From: an uncultured delta proteobacterium
GTDB taxonomy: Bacteria; Desulfobacterota; Binatia; UBA9968
DNA length: 64,000 bases
Assembly (NCBI GenBank): GCA_963804165.1
Contig: CAWDPO010000003.1
Location: 32,001-96,000, forward strand
Direction: 5' to 3'
Each line of letters starts with the position of its first letter. Position 1 is the stretch's first letter. Below are positions 31,293-41,635 of the stretch, in pieces. A program made the translations under genes and the position numbers. The notes under the pieces were generated by a model. That model had not been told where the DNA came from. It searched no databases and saw nothing but the letters and a program-made list of their open reading frames with translations.

Positions 31293-32712
31293 TGTATAGA
31301 CCGGAGACATAGGTAACAGGTGTACTGGAGACATGGGTAACACTTTTGAAGTAGCCAAAGGCATAGTTCTCCCTGAATCGGAAAGGGGGAAGAGATTATG
31401 TCTTGGGGAGTGGTTAGCCTCATGTCTTTGCGCCAAGAATTTGTGGGATTGGCGGAGGGAAAAGCGGTGAGTTTCACTCAACTGTGCCAGCGTTACGGCA
31501 TTAGCCGAAAGACCGGCTACAAGTGGCTGGGTCGTTATCGCAAACAAGGAGCGCAAGGTCTGGCCGATCATTCGCGCCGGCCCAAGAAAAGTCCCAACCA
31601 ATTGCTCCAGGCCACAGAACAACCGCTTTTGAGATTGCGTGAGAGCTACCCGAGCTGGGGAGCGCGTAAGATCCGGCGTCTTTTGAAAAATCAAGGTCAA
31701 ACCCAGGTGCCGGCGTGTAGTACGATTACCGCTGTGTTTCATCGCCACGGCCTGATCGACTCCAGCAGTCAAGCCGCCAAGCCTAACTGGCAACGCTTCG
31801 AGCGTGAGGTGCCCAATAGTCTTTGGCAGATGGATTTCAAAGGACCGCTGCCCACCGTGCGCGGGCCGGCCCATGCGCTCACCGTCTTGGATGATCACTC
31901 GCGCTTTAGTTTGCGTCTTAAGGCTTTGCCTAACCAGAACCGAGAATGTGTTCAACACGCGTTGACCGAAACCTTCCGCCGCTACGGGCTTCCCAACTCG
32001 ATGCTCATGGACAATGGCCCGCCGTGGGTCAACGATCCGGTTTACATCTATACCGGCTTACGGTGTGGCTGCTTCGCTTGCGGATCTCGGTGAGTCATAG
32101 CCGACCGTACCATCCTCAGACCATGGGTAAAGACGAACGGTTTCACGGCACGCTTAGCCGCGAGCTTCTCGCTAAACGACAATGGCAAGACATCCCCGAT
32201 CTCCAAGGAGCCTTTGACCCGTTCCGCCACCAGTACAATTTCATTCGTCCCCACGACTCTTTGGGACTGCAAGTGCCGGCCTCTCGCTATCAAATGAGTT
32301 TGCGCTCGTTTCCAGAGAGCTTGCCGCCCATCGAGTATGACCCGGGAGTCATGGTGCGCAGAGTGCAACAAAAAGGAGAGATCTCGTTTAAAGGGAGAAC
32401 TTTGAAAGTGGGTCAAGCTTTCTCGGTTATCCGTCGGGCTTAAACCGACCTCTACCGATGGACTCTTTGATGTGGTGTTCTGTCATCACACGATTCGCCA
32501 GATCAATCTGAAAGAGCTTGAGACTGCGGATCTCCGTTCTTGAATGACGATGATGAAAAACGGCTTCACTTTGGCTTATAACCAACGATCGCGATCGGGT
32601 TGGACTCTGAGTATCCCTCTCCAAACCACCTCCGAGCCCAATCCGATCCACCACCATGAAAACTGTTACCTATGTCCCCGGTACGTTTGTTACCCTTGTC
32701 CCCAGTCTGTAT
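31293..32712 (+). mobile_element. IS481-family insertion sequence
   Basis: Left end TGTATAGACCGGAGACATAGGTAACA with an internal repeat; right end TGTTACCCTTGTCCCCAGTCTGTA; CCCTT flanking duplication. Confidence 0.85.
31398..32543 (+). pseudogene. IS481 transposase (frameshifts near 32058 and 32425)
   Basis: HTH GISRKTGYKW, WQMDFKG, LDDHSR, DNG, HPQTMGKDERFH. Confidence 0.85.
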
Positions 32713-32831
32713 CCCTTTTTCAAAGGGGATTTTTCTCCGTGCGATTCTCACCCCTCTTTGCCAAAGAGGGGAAGGGGAGATTTCCGACGGAATGACGCGA
32801 GAATTATGTCGCGAACTTCTGGGACAGGACA

Positions 32832-33914
32832 CTAGTCTCCGACGAGCTTTTTCACTCGTTCGATTACTTCCGCAGGTTGATTCATCACTCTTTCGGTAAG
32901 AGCCTGGAGGTCTTCACCCGAGGCGGGTTCAATTTCCAATTTCGCTTGTTTCGCCTCGGCCACGAGTTGCGGATCTTTGAGCGCCCTTGAGTAGGCCTCA
33001 CGCAAGGTTTTCACTCGATCCGCAGGAACCACCGGAGGTGCCACCATGGGACGGCCGTATTCGTTGCCGGCGAGTATCACCTGCGCGACTCTGCGACTGA
33101 CATCGGCGGTTTTGTATCGATCCATAAGTTCTCCGAGCGTGGGAACTTCGGCCATTCTGGGATCTCTTGTATGACCGCTCTGCGCCAGGTGACGATCAAA
33201 ACCCTTTTTGTGCCATGCGATAAAAGGCTCACGGCTGAAATGGCCGGTGACGATCATGCCGCGGCAAATGACCTCGCCTTTCTCCATCGCCAGATCGATG
33301 GCATTGCCGCTTTGATAACCGACGACTAGATTGAATTTAGCTTTGAGCGTTTCCTCGAATATTTTTGCCAGCAAGTAAGTGCCGTCGGTGGACCCGGTCG
33401 CGCCGCATCTAAGAGGCTCGCTCGATTTCACAACATCGTCGAAGGATTTATAAGGCGCGTCGGAACGGACAAAAAACATCACCTCGGTTTTTTCCATGGT
33501 GCCGATCCAGTTGAATTTTCTGAGATCGAATTTGACCTCTTCGAGACCGGTGAGCTGCTGCATGTAGCGGTGCGCCTGAAACATCCCCAACGTAAGTCCG
33601 TCCGCCTTGGTCATGCCGTAGAGGTAATTCGTCGCCGCGAGCCCGCCCGCGCCCGGCATATTCTGAACGATCATATTCGGATTGCCGGCAATGTGCTTCG
33701 GCATATGCTTGGCCAATAGCCGAGCCCAGAGGTCGTAAAGACCGCCGCTGTCGCTGCCGACGACGATCCGAATCGTCTTGCCTTGGTAAAAAGACGGACT
33801 CTGCGCATAGGCAAGCCCGGCAACCCGTTCCCGATTGCCCTGAAGCAAAGGCCCGATCGAAGCGCTCCACACCGCCAGCCAAATGAGCGCAAAAAGTGGA
33901 AGTGTTTTTCTCAT
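32832..33914 (-). CDS. TctC/Bug family binding protein
   Basis: FYQGKTIRIVVG, GGLYD, QNMPGAG, DGLTLG. Confidence 0.85.
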   Translation of the reverse strand: MRKTLPLFALIWLAVWSASIGPLLQGNRERVAGLAYAQSPSFYQGKTIRIVVGSDSGGLYDLWARLLAKHMPKHIAGNPNMIVQNMPGAGGLAATNYLYGMTKADGLTLGMFQAHRYMQQLTGLEEVKFDLRKFNWIGTMEKTEVMFFVRSDAPYKSFDDVVKSSEPLRCGATGSTDGTYLLAKIFEETLKAKFNLVVGYQSGNAIDLAMEKGEVICRGMIVTGHFSREPFIAWHKKGFDRHLAQSGHTRDPRMAEVPTLGELMDRYKTADVSRRVAQVILAGNEYGRPMVAPPVVPADRVKTLREAYSRALKDPQLVAEAKQAKLEIEPASGEDLQALTERVMNQPAEVIERVKKLVGD

Positions 33915-34176
33915 GTGCAACTCGCCGGCGTGCCTATACGAACGCGCGCCGAACCGGGCGCCTGGCCTCTGTCAGAAACTCTCTGAACGCGGGCCTCGCC
34001 GGCTATCGTTTAGATTCCGAAGCTAAAGAGTAGTACATAAACTCCGCCGCAAAAACCAGCAACTTTAGGCAAACGAAAAACCTCGGAATCGCTTCTCTCA
34101 CGGCGGTTTGACAGGTAGAAACATAGGTGTAATGAGTTAGCCAATATCTAAACTATCTTTACAGGAGGGCGGATTG

Positions 34177-34587
34177 ATGGAAAAGGAAACAGCTTCGACG
34201 ACGAAGAGCGATCCGATTATTATCGAGCAAGCGGGCATGCGCATGACCGTCGCGCACCGACAAGGCCTCGGCGGCACCGATGAAGGGCTGACGTTCGACA
34301 TCACGACCGTGGGCTCGGAGGACGAGGGAAAAAGAATTTTGCGCTTCGATTGCTTTTACAAAAACCCCCATTATCACGTCGGCGCCTCCGGCGGCGAACA
34401 GGCGGCTCACAAGATGAAAGACGAGGGCGTGGAAGACCCGGTCCGCTGGACTTTGGATCAGCTCAAGACTCGGTTTCCCGCGATGGTCAGACAAGCCGGC
34501 TACGAGGAAATCGCCGGGAGGATCGACCAGCAAGCGATTACCGATCAGCTCACCCAGTTGGAGCGGGAAATAATCGCCAAATATTAA
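34177..34587 (+). CDS. Hypothetical protein (LRFDCF..NPHYH motif)
   Basis: AGGAGG RBS, clean ORF. Confidence 0.6.
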   Translation: MEKETASTTKSDPIIIEQAGMRMTVAHRQGLGGTDEGLTFDITTVGSEDEGKRILRFDCFYKNPHYHVGASGGEQAAHKMKDEGVEDPVRWTLDQLKTRFPAMVRQAGYEEIAGRIDQQAITDQLTQLEREIIAKY

Positions 34588-34764
34588 TCGGTGTCGGGCT
34601 GCAGCGGTGAGTCGGCAGTGATTTTCAGATGAGAGGCCGCCTGGATCTAACTAGATAAACGTCGGAGAACAGACGGTCTAGCGGTTAAAAAAAACCTCTA
34701 AACGAATTCGCGCGAGCGATTGAGCGCAAGCCTGCTTGACTGACCACGTGGAGGAGATTGTTTT

Positions 34765-35175
34765 ATGAAGATCGACGGCGCGTGCCATTGCGGCTACATC
34801 ACCTACGTCGCGGAAGTCGATCCCGACAAGGCCGGGCTATGCCATTGCACGGATTGTCAGACCTTATCGGGGTCCGCCTTTCGCATGAGTGTCCCCGCGG
34901 CAAAGGATGCGTTTAGCTTGCGCAGCGGACAACCAAAGATCTATGTAAAGACCGCCGAAAGCGGCGCCAAACGCGCCCAAGCGTTCTGCCCCGAGTGCGG
35001 CACGGCGATCTATGCGGCAGCTGTAACAGACCCACAGGTATTCAATCTCCGAATAGGCACAGCGCGGCAGCGAGCCGAGCTCCGGCCAAAGTCACAAGGC
35101 TGGTGTCGATCCGCGCACGACTGGGTTATGGATCTGCAGTCCATAAAACAGTTCGACAAGCAACGGTCCGGTTAG
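34765..35175 (+). CDS. GFA/CENP-V family Zn protein
   Basis: GACHCG, CHCTDCQ, FCPECG. Confidence 0.9.
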   Translation: MKIDGACHCGYITYVAEVDPDKAGLCHCTDCQTLSGSAFRMSVPAAKDAFSLRSGQPKIYVKTAESGAKRAQAFCPECGTAIYAAAVTDPQVFNLRIGTARQRAELRPKSQGWCRSAHDWVMDLQSIKQFDKQRSG

Positions 35176-35394
35176 ACCAAGCTGGACAAATAAAAAGAGA
35201 AAACAGTAGCAGCTTTTCTGTTGTTGGTTTTTTCTAAAACCATGCGACGAAAATAAAATAATCAAAGCCTGGAATACTACTACCTGCGCTTTTTGCGTCT
35301 GAGCCGCTCGTCAGACTGAAAGAGAGTGAAACTCTGTAAAGAATGTTAGGACATTCATGTATGCAAGCCTGACTCTAAAAGCTCCCCCCGTGTA

Positions 35395-35906
35395 TTGCTC
35401 ATTAAGCCCGACAACACTTGCCTTGAAGTCGATCGCTTTCACGACAAGTTTCTGACGTATGACGACGAAGATCTCTCGAGGTGGTTTGGCCTGGGACTCG
35501 CCGAAATTGCCGTCGATGAGTTTCTACCGCCGGTGGCATATTATCTCAGGCCGATGGACGTTGGCTGGGCCGTCGACATCCTGCGCCGCGGTGCTGATGA
35601 GTGCAAAGTAAGAGAGATCCGTAGACCAAAGCTCTATGAAGCCCTCGACTTCCTCGAGCAGTCGATCGAGCCGGCATGGCTCATCAAACGATATCGGCGC
35701 GAGCTCAGAGGGGACCGGCGAAACGATCGGGAAAAAACAGAGCTCCGCGAAGCGCTGCGGGTCGCGACCCGGGGAATTCAGCAGGCATGTATCGTTCTCC
35801 TCGTGGACAAAATGAATGAGCTCGCCGCTGGCTTCCGAGAGAACAAGGCCGGATCGATAAACTGCGCCGGCAACTCGATATAGCGCGCCGGCCGGTTCTG
35901 CGCTGA
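35395..35906 (+). CDS. Hypothetical protein (start uncertain; frameshift near 35850)
   Basis: Protein-like ORF with no recognised family. Confidence 0.35.
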
Positions 35907-36440
35907 CTAGCCTTCGATCTCTCGCACACGGCCGGCGATAAAGAAAAGATGGCTAGAAATCAGTCGTTTGACCGCATTCACGGCAAGGGGGCATTGCACC
36001 GGCTACGCTCGATGCTCGATGATCCAAGGTTTCGCTTACCAGCAAATCGGTAGGAGTTTTGTTTGCTTTGTGATCCTATCAGGGGACCGGTGGACCCCCC
36101 CAGAGCCGGAGCTGAGGGCAACGGTCTTCATTCAGTAGCCAATTCCGACAATTTAACCTGATCCGTTCAGCCAGCTGCGTTTTGCAGGCGTATTTGCCGT
36201 CTAGTTTAGGAGCATTACGCTCTCACGCGTTGGTCTATTTCCTCGCTAGTTCTCAGATCCTCTTTTCACAAATCACGGTACGGAGGTTGCTGAAAGTCCC
36301 CTCGCCGCGGACGGGGAAACCACAACTCGATTCTACACCTCGTCAATCTCTTACCTCCGCACTAGCTGCATTTTACTGTCAGCTAGAAAATAGGGGCGCC
36401 GTTCCGCTCGTCTTGAGCTGTTCCGCGCTGGATTGCTCCC

Positions 36441-36674
36441 ATGAAGGTTTGGATCGAAATACCGATCGATCAGTACGATCAACTGCGCCAAGCGTGTGAC
36501 GAACACTCTGACGAGTTTCGGATTCTAATGGCTGCCTGTGTCGTGAAACGCCGGACTGACGGAAAATCCCAGCGCATAGTGGAAATCCTGTGCGACACTG
36601 AGGATGTAAAAAAAATATTTGAGCTCGCAAAACGGCTTTCCCCGGATGTAGCCAAGGCGTTGGTTCTACTCTGA
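36441..36674 (+). CDS. Small hypothetical protein
   Basis: 77 aa ATG ORF with protein-like composition. Confidence 0.4.
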   Translation: MKVWIEIPIDQYDQLRQACDEHSDEFRILMAACVVKRRTDGKSQRIVEILCDTEDVKKIFELAKRLSPDVAKALVLL

Positions 36675-36904
36675 ACCGGGACATGCGGAGAGTCTTTGCC
36701 ATCGGCTGGTTCTTTTGCTTTACGACCTTCTCCTAGCCGCCGTGATCCTGGTACTGGTCCTGCTTGTATACAAGTGGACTCAGCGATGAACCTCCAGAAC
36801 CGGAGACATTGGTGCAAGCGCGGGCTTAACTCTTGTCAGTCGCCTCACCGTAATCATAGAGGGGTCGTGAAACCCAAACAAAAAGAGACTTTCGGCTTAT
36901 GCAG

Positions 36905-37261
36905 ATGATTCCATATTTGGTCTGGGGGGCGAAGGCTGTCCTTGGCGTGTTGGTGACTATCGCGGGCGTCTCATCTGATAATCATGCAGTCGGTCTGGTC
37001 TTAGCTTCGGTGGGGGCAATTCTTGTTTTCCGGATGCTTGCGAAGACCCGCGTGAAAGGGACGTTCATCTGTCCGCGTTGCTCCAAACGGATCAAGCTCG
37101 GGACGGCTGAATGCCCGCATTGCAGCGCCCGTCTTATCCTCCGACTCAAGTCGACATTCTATGACCGCAGTGCGAGGGAATTTACTGGCCGACACGGTCA
37201 ATCATCGACACCGCGAGTACGGCTCGTGGGCCGACAAAGATCCGGGAGCGATCGAAGGTAG
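36905..37261 (+). CDS. Hypothetical membrane protein with Zn-ribbon
   Basis: Two TM segments then CPRC-x9-CPHC. Confidence 0.4.
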   Translation: MIPYLVWGAKAVLGVLVTIAGVSSDNHAVGLVLASVGAILVFRMLAKTRVKGTFICPRCSKRIKLGTAECPHCSARLILRLKSTFYDRSAREFTGRHGQSSTPRVRLVGRQRSGSDRR

Positions 37262-37263
37262 TT

Positions 37264-38236
37264 TCATTTATCCGGCTCCCGGACGACTTCCTCGGCGCGT
37301 TTATCGTCGCGCAATCCGCTAAAGCTCCCATGCCGAAGATGACCGTCCGGAGTCCATTCGGCAAATTCGATCTGCACCACAAGCTTGAGTTTTAACCACT
37401 GGCAGTTTTTCATATCTTCCTTCGTCAGCGCCCATTGGGTTCGTTTCTTCTCTGGTAAATTGGCAAAAGGGCAGGCGTCGGTTTTCAACGGCCGCATCTT
37501 ATCCATGATCTCTCTTCGGACATGCGGAACAAAACCGGCACGCACTTTTCCCGCATAAAGCAGCTCTTTTCCACTGAAATATCCGATGATGATCGCGTCG
37601 AAGGGATTGCCCGGCGTATAGCCGCCGATCACGAACTCCTGCCCTTTGTTGATCTTGTATTTAAGCCATGCACCACTGCGCTTGCCCGACTCATAAAATG
37701 AGTCCTGGCGTTTGGCGAGGACGCCCTCGAAAGCAAGCCCTGCCGCCGCATCTATCAAATCAGTGGCGGGTGCCGAGATGGCTTGCGAAATGTCGACAAC
37801 CGACGATGCTTTCGAATACGACGCAAACCGTCGGTGAGAGCATGACGCCTTTTTAAGAGGCTCTCGTTCATCATGTTGCGGCCGGATAATACAAGAACAT
37901 CAAAAATGTAAAAGCGAATGGCGGAAGCCTGAGAGCGATGATGCTGGAGCAAATTGAATGAGATTCGCCCTTCGGAGTCGATGGCTACGATCTCGCCGTC
38001 GACGAGCGTGTCGGCCGGGAGAGCTTCACACGCTTTGGCGATCGCGGGGAATTGAGACGTGAAATCGTTGTCTCTGCGTGACCATAGGCTCACGACTCCC
38101 GCGCCTTTCCCCGCGAGGCACCGATAGCCGTCAAACTTGATTTCGTAGAGCCAGTCCTCGCCCTCAGGGAGCTTGCGACCGCGAGCGCATACATCGGCTC
38201 AATGAAGGCAAGTTTGGCCGGCGGGGACTTCGGCAT
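37264..38236 (-). pseudogene. ligD: ATP-dependent DNA ligase (LigD ligase domain), two or more frameshifts
   Basis: FIEPM, WLYEIKFDGYR, DGEIV, FDVL, EGVLAKR, WLKYK, EFVIGGYT, LRHGSF.GLRDDK across frames. Confidence 0.8.
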
Positions 38237-38552
38237 TCATAAATCGTAACGGCTGCGGACTGGTGTTGCTAGGGACAGCGCACACGCGCGGATCACCTTT
38301 GTCATGATCACGCCAAATATGGCATTTAATGTCATAAAATTGACTAAATTGGCGGAATCGATTTAGCGCATTCCATAGCCTATGTCAGCAATTTTAAAGG
38401 GGATTGTGGCCAAGTGGGACGTGGCCTTGGCATTGCTCTATGCAAGCCCGAGCCTAAAACTATGTAGTGAGGACAAACCGATGACCCGTAGCAGTTGGAA
38501 CAGTTGCAATAAACCGCGCCGCTGGAAGCGTTATCAACCAGGAAGACAACGT

Positions 38553-38921
38553 ATGCAATTCCTGCATAAAACGCATCGAATAATCTCTAGCCAGTTCAAG
38601 AAAACATTGATTCTCCTGCAGCAACTAACGCTAGCAGGGATGGTGGCAGTCCTGCTGCTTCCTATGAGTGCCATTGGTCAGAGCATTCCACCACGCGAAG
38701 GCGACCTCGACACGACCTTCGGGGACAACGGCAGGGTGTTCACTGACTTTAGCGAGCGCAGCGACGGCGCGCGTGATCGGGTGGCTCCGGAGGGAGTCAC
38801 GTTCGTGACGACCAATCTGGTGATTCGCGACGCGCGGGAGTCCAGCCAAGTCGAGGCTTCGTGGAAAAAATTCGACACCAAGTATAGCGCTGACGATCAA
38901 TTGCGCTGCATCAGCACATAG
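38553..38921 (+). pseudogene. Chimeric remnant: signal peptide + delta-60-like repeat start fused to a fragment of an AMDase-like gene
   Basis: GDLDTTFGDNG followed in frame by RVAPEGVTFVTTNLVIRDARESSQVEASW, which matches 40964-41066. Confidence 0.55.
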
Positions 38922-39559
38922 CGATGACCCGAAAAGAAGCGAGAAATCCACGCCCATTGAATGACTTCGAAACCTTCGGCATGGCCGACCGTCTGGATTT
39001 CGTCGAATGTCAAAGTCCATTTCGCTCGTTTGTCGTGAAATCGCCTGCCAAATTCGTGCATCCGATTCTTGACGGAGCCGGCGTCGAAGTAGGTAAACAT
39101 TGCCCATTTTCGGCTGACGCGCAGGACCTCCCGTAAGTGTTGCAAGCGTTGTTCGTGCTCCCTGATATGATGTGAGAGTCTCACGGAAAGCACGAACTCG
39201 AAGGCGCCGCCGGCAAATGGCAGAGCGAGAGCCGTCGCGCGCACGTAGTTTTGCGATAGCTCCAGCCCGTAACGGCGACCATGAATTCGCCGCGCGGTTG
39301 CGAGCAAGGGAAAACTCCAATCCCCCTCCACCACGGGTATTCCCAGCTCGCGAACGATCGAATACAGACGTCCGTATCCGCACGGCAGGTCGAGCGCCAA
39401 ACCGTTGCGGTCTATCGGCGAGACCGAACGGAGAAAGCGCCGGATCAAACGCTGCTCATGCCAGTTGTTGACACGTTCCGTCCAGCGGCGTTCGAATTTA
39501 TGAAGATAATCATCTGCCCCCTCCGCGCTGTTATAACGAGCGAGTATGTTTTCATCCAT
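38897..39559 (-). CDS. Class I SAM-dependent methyltransferase
   Basis: ALDLPCGYGR, ALPFAGGAFEFV, RLSHHI, LREVLRVS. Confidence 0.85.
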   Translation of the reverse strand: MDENILARYNSAEGADDYLHKFERRWTERVNNWHEQRLIRRFLRSVSPIDRNGLALDLPCGYGRLYSIVRELGIPVVEGDWSFPLLATARRIHGRRYGLELSQNYVRATALALPFAGGAFEFVLSVRLSHHIREHEQRLQHLREVLRVSRKWAMFTYFDAGSVKNRMHEFGRRFHDKRAKWTLTFDEIQTVGHAEGFEVIQWAWISRFFSGHRYVLMQRN

Positions 39560-40505
39560 ATGTGATTTCCGCGAGGATCAAGAAACGGATGACTTGGCTG
39601 GCTTTCCCGATTAAGGGGCGTTTGATGTTGTTTACCCATCGCGAGATCAAAGTCCGATTCTGCTTGACGCGCATTTGCCGCCGCGCATGACGCCTGACAT
39701 TTTTCGCAGGCATGCCCAGAGGATCCGGCAAATAGGTCTGGTAAAATGACTCTATTGCCGTATTCGATAGCGAGGCAGGGACATTGGCGAAGAGAACGCC
39801 GAGATCCCTCGCTTGTGCCCAATGGACAAGCAGCCGCCACTTGAGAGTTCGAGCATAAGGAATATCGATCAAGAATAATTCATCGGCTCGATCCAGGCCA
39901 CTACGAAGCAGAATGTTTTTTGACTTAGCCGTAAACAGAAAGAAATGCGCCTGGTGCAGACGACGGAACATCCGCCCCAGTTGGGTAAAAACCTGCTCTA
40001 CTCTTTTCGCATCGATCTTTTTCTGAAGTTCTAGTTCGGTATACCACTGCGATAGATTGATCGAGTCATCGACAAATCGAGTAATGATAAAACAGGATCG
40101 CACCAAGCCGAGCGAGTCTCGCTCTACACCATAGCCAACCGCGTGCGCCGCACCTATTCCCAATCCGTTCAGATACCGAAGACTGTCAAATTCCCGCTCA
40201 GCTTTTGAAATTTGAAATCCGGTCCGAATCCGTGGCAAAAAAGGATATCTGTAGATTTTAAGAACAAAGGACGAGACCCCGTCGTAGGGCGAGCCTTGGC
40301 GCGGGCGTTGAATAATTGTGACGAGGGTTCTTCGCTCTCGCTTCAAGGAACTCCCAAGCGCATTCAAAAAAGCGCCGTAATGAGGAAACTCAGCGACTGG
40401 GAAGTAACTCGCAAACGCATCGACGATCTGGTGGCGCGAACGAGGCAACATCATCGATCCAAAGGCAGTGAAAGGATACGACAGTATCACTGCTAGGGTT
40501 TTCAT
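39552..40505 (-). CDS. Kdo/WaaP/InaA-like sugar (LPS) kinase family protein
   Basis: VLKIY, AEREF..L, LH...KNILL, LID, RDL; overlaps the methyltransferase start. Confidence 0.65.
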   Translation of the reverse strand: MKTLAVILSYPFTAFGSMMLPRSRHQIVDAFASYFPVAEFPHYGAFLNALGSSLKRERRTLVTIIQRPRQGSPYDGVSSFVLKIYRYPFLPRIRTGFQISKAEREFDSLRYLNGLGIGAAHAVGYGVERDSLGLVRSCFIITRFVDDSINLSQWYTELELQKKIDAKRVEQVFTQLGRMFRRLHQAHFFLFTAKSKNILLRSGLDRADELFLIDIPYARTLKWRLLVHWAQARDLGVLFANVPASLSNTAIESFYQTYLPDPLGMPAKNVRRHARRQMRVKQNRTLISRWVNNIKRPLIGKASQVIRFLILAEITYG

Positions 40506-40817
40506 TTATCGATCACCCCGGCGGATCCTGACTATAACACACGCCATGCTACCCTGTTTACGCTAAAACCAAATGAAGTGTCAATTATATATAAACACGC
40601 TGTTGAAAAACGAATTCCCGTGTTTCGATTGCTGCTCAGGGTGAGCGGTTAAGCCACAAGCTGTTCGTCGTGAGACTGTCAAGTATGAACGGCGAACGCT
40701 ATCTAGCTGTTACCGTCCACTCGTCATTCTACATCAGGTATCAGCAGTTTGATGACCGCACGCCGTCCGGCCCATGTTCTAATTGACAGTCTCTTTAAGC
40801 ATGCAGAACAGTTAAAG

Positions 40818-40880
40818 TTGACAGCAAGCGCATCAACGAATAATTTCGGTGCAGAAGAATTAACGTTCACACCGGCAAAA
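40818..40880 (+). promoter_or_regulatory. Conserved sigma70 promoter + operator motif, copy A
   Basis: TTGACA-N17-TAATTT-CGGTGCAGAA...GTTCACACCGGCAAA. Confidence 0.7.
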
Positions 40881-40890
40881 TGGAGGGGTG

Positions 40891-41622
40891 ATGTACGGAT
40901 GGCGTGCCCGCATCGGCAATATTTCACCGACGGCTTGTGCGGAGATATTGCCGTATGAGTTTTATCGGGTGGCTCCCGAGGGAGTCACTTTCGTGTCGAC
41001 CAATCTGGTGATACGCGACGCGCGGGAGTCCAGCCAGGTGGAGGCTTCGTGGCAGAAATTCGACACTGCGTTTGAAGACCTTTTGCACACGCGGGTGGAC
41101 CATATCACTCTCAGCGGCGCGCCGATGGTCTTGGCCAACGGCGTCGAGCGGCACCGGGAGCTTTTGCAGAATTTCAGAAACCGCTATCCGGTACCCGTCG
41201 GGACCAGCCCGCAGTCGTTTGCCGACGCGCTAAAATATCTCGGCGCTGTCAAGTTGGCGGTTGCGACGTCGTTCATTCCTGCTCATAACGAATTGGTGAG
41301 GGCATTCTTGGCTTCGGAAGGGTTCGAAGTGTTAGGCATCGAATCGCTGGACACGGGCATGACGTCGCTGGAAAAAGCGATGCTTTCGCCGACGCAAGTG
41401 TTTCGCCATGTGCGCGCGGTCGGGAGAAAGTATCCAGCCTGCGATGCGGTGCTGATCACCTCGTCGGCGTGGCCGACGTTGACGGTGATCCAAGCACTCG
41501 AAGACGATCTGGGCAAGCCGGTGGTGAGCAGCTCCATGGGCCAGATCTGGTGGCCGCTGAAGGAGCTCGGGATAAGAGCGGATATTAAGGGGTACGGCAA
41601 ACTTCTTGGGACGCTGTCCTGA
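40891..41622 (+). CDS. Arylmalonate decarboxylase/maleate isomerase-like protein (catalytic Cys absent)
   Basis: YGWRARIG, YEFYRVAPEGV, ALKYLGAVKLAV, LEDDLGKPVVSS, GYGKLL. Confidence 0.8.
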   Translation: MYGWRARIGNISPTACAEILPYEFYRVAPEGVTFVSTNLVIRDARESSQVEASWQKFDTAFEDLLHTRVDHITLSGAPMVLANGVERHRELLQNFRNRYPVPVGTSPQSFADALKYLGAVKLAVATSFIPAHNELVRAFLASEGFEVLGIESLDTGMTSLEKAMLSPTQVFRHVRAVGRKYPACDAVLITSSAWPTLTVIQALEDDLGKPVVSSSMGQIWWPLKELGIRADIKGYGKLLGTLS

Positions 41623-41635
41623 TGGAGGTCGTGTC

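Larger units (their letters stand above)
31207..32835. mobile_element. Second copy of the CTAG MITE, split by IS481 (arms 31207-31292 and about 32713-32835)
   Basis: Joined arms match the reverse complement of 20307-20510. Confidence 0.8.

Noticed and set aside
32050-32070. Programmed frameshift in the IS481 transposase
   Set aside because: No slippery heptamer, IS481 normally has a single ORF, and similar indels occur throughout the window.
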